From contig NC_042999.1 in assembly GCF_006345805.1 (NCBI RefSeq), forward strand, positions 3,658,001-3,722,000: a DNA stretch of 64,000 bases. The letters run 5' to 3'. A program made the position numbers and the translations under genes. Of this stretch, positions 63,808 to 64,000 are shown piece by piece. Position 1 is the first letter of the stretch; each line of letters opens with the position of its first letter. This stretch comes from Octopus sinensis. Its lineage: Eukaryota. The notes beneath the pieces are model-generated. The model made no database searches. It saw only the letters and a program-made list of their open reading frames with translations, and was not told the origin of the DNA.

Positions 63808-64000
63808 CATCATTATTTACCATCAATGCTTCCCACTGGAATCGGTTGGATAGTTTGACAGGATTTAACAAATCAGACAACTGAGTTGGGTTCCGGTGTA
63901 TGTTTTAGTGTTTATTCTATGGTTGGGTGCCCCTTTCTAATACCACCCTCATTACAAAGTGTACTGGGTGCTTTTCCGCATCACTGGCACTAGTGAGATC
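63808..64000 (-). mobile_element. Diverged family C fragment
   Basis: catcaatgcttccc...gggtgccctttctaatacc...gtgtactgggtgcttt. Confidence 0.55.

Overview
AT-rich eukaryotic genomic DNA, mostly repeat-derived. The SINE families and dense (TA)n/(CA)n microsatellites point to a coleoid cephalopod, most likely Octopus; this is inference from recalled repeat families, not a database hit. No intact protein-coding gene can be supported. Most ORF-track entries are microsatellite or SINE read-throughs. The recognisable protein remnants all come from dead transposons: a Penelope-like (probably Naiad-type) RT, mariner and maT transposases, an RTE fragment and CR1-group 3' ends. Three SINE-like families have more than 10 copies each. 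Also present are four copies of a Helitron-type element, piggyBac- and pogo-type MITEs, and a 17-bp minisatellite. Most interesting observations: (1) a near-perfect minimal type I hammerhead ribozyme fold (31200-31244, minus strand) plus three decayed hammerheads, two of the four sitting next to a motif that also forms two long fold-back palindromes (115-bp and 130-bp arms); (2) a SINE whose target duplications begin with the GGTA that ends its own tail, and which has inserted serially into its own copies; (3) a CORE-SINE/CR1-like LINE shared 3' tail; (4) a low-confidence chain of phase-compatible minus-strand exon candidates, including a duplicated segment with synonymous-biased divergence. 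Coordinates were counted by hand; ends of diverged repeats are approximate (about +/-10-20 bp).
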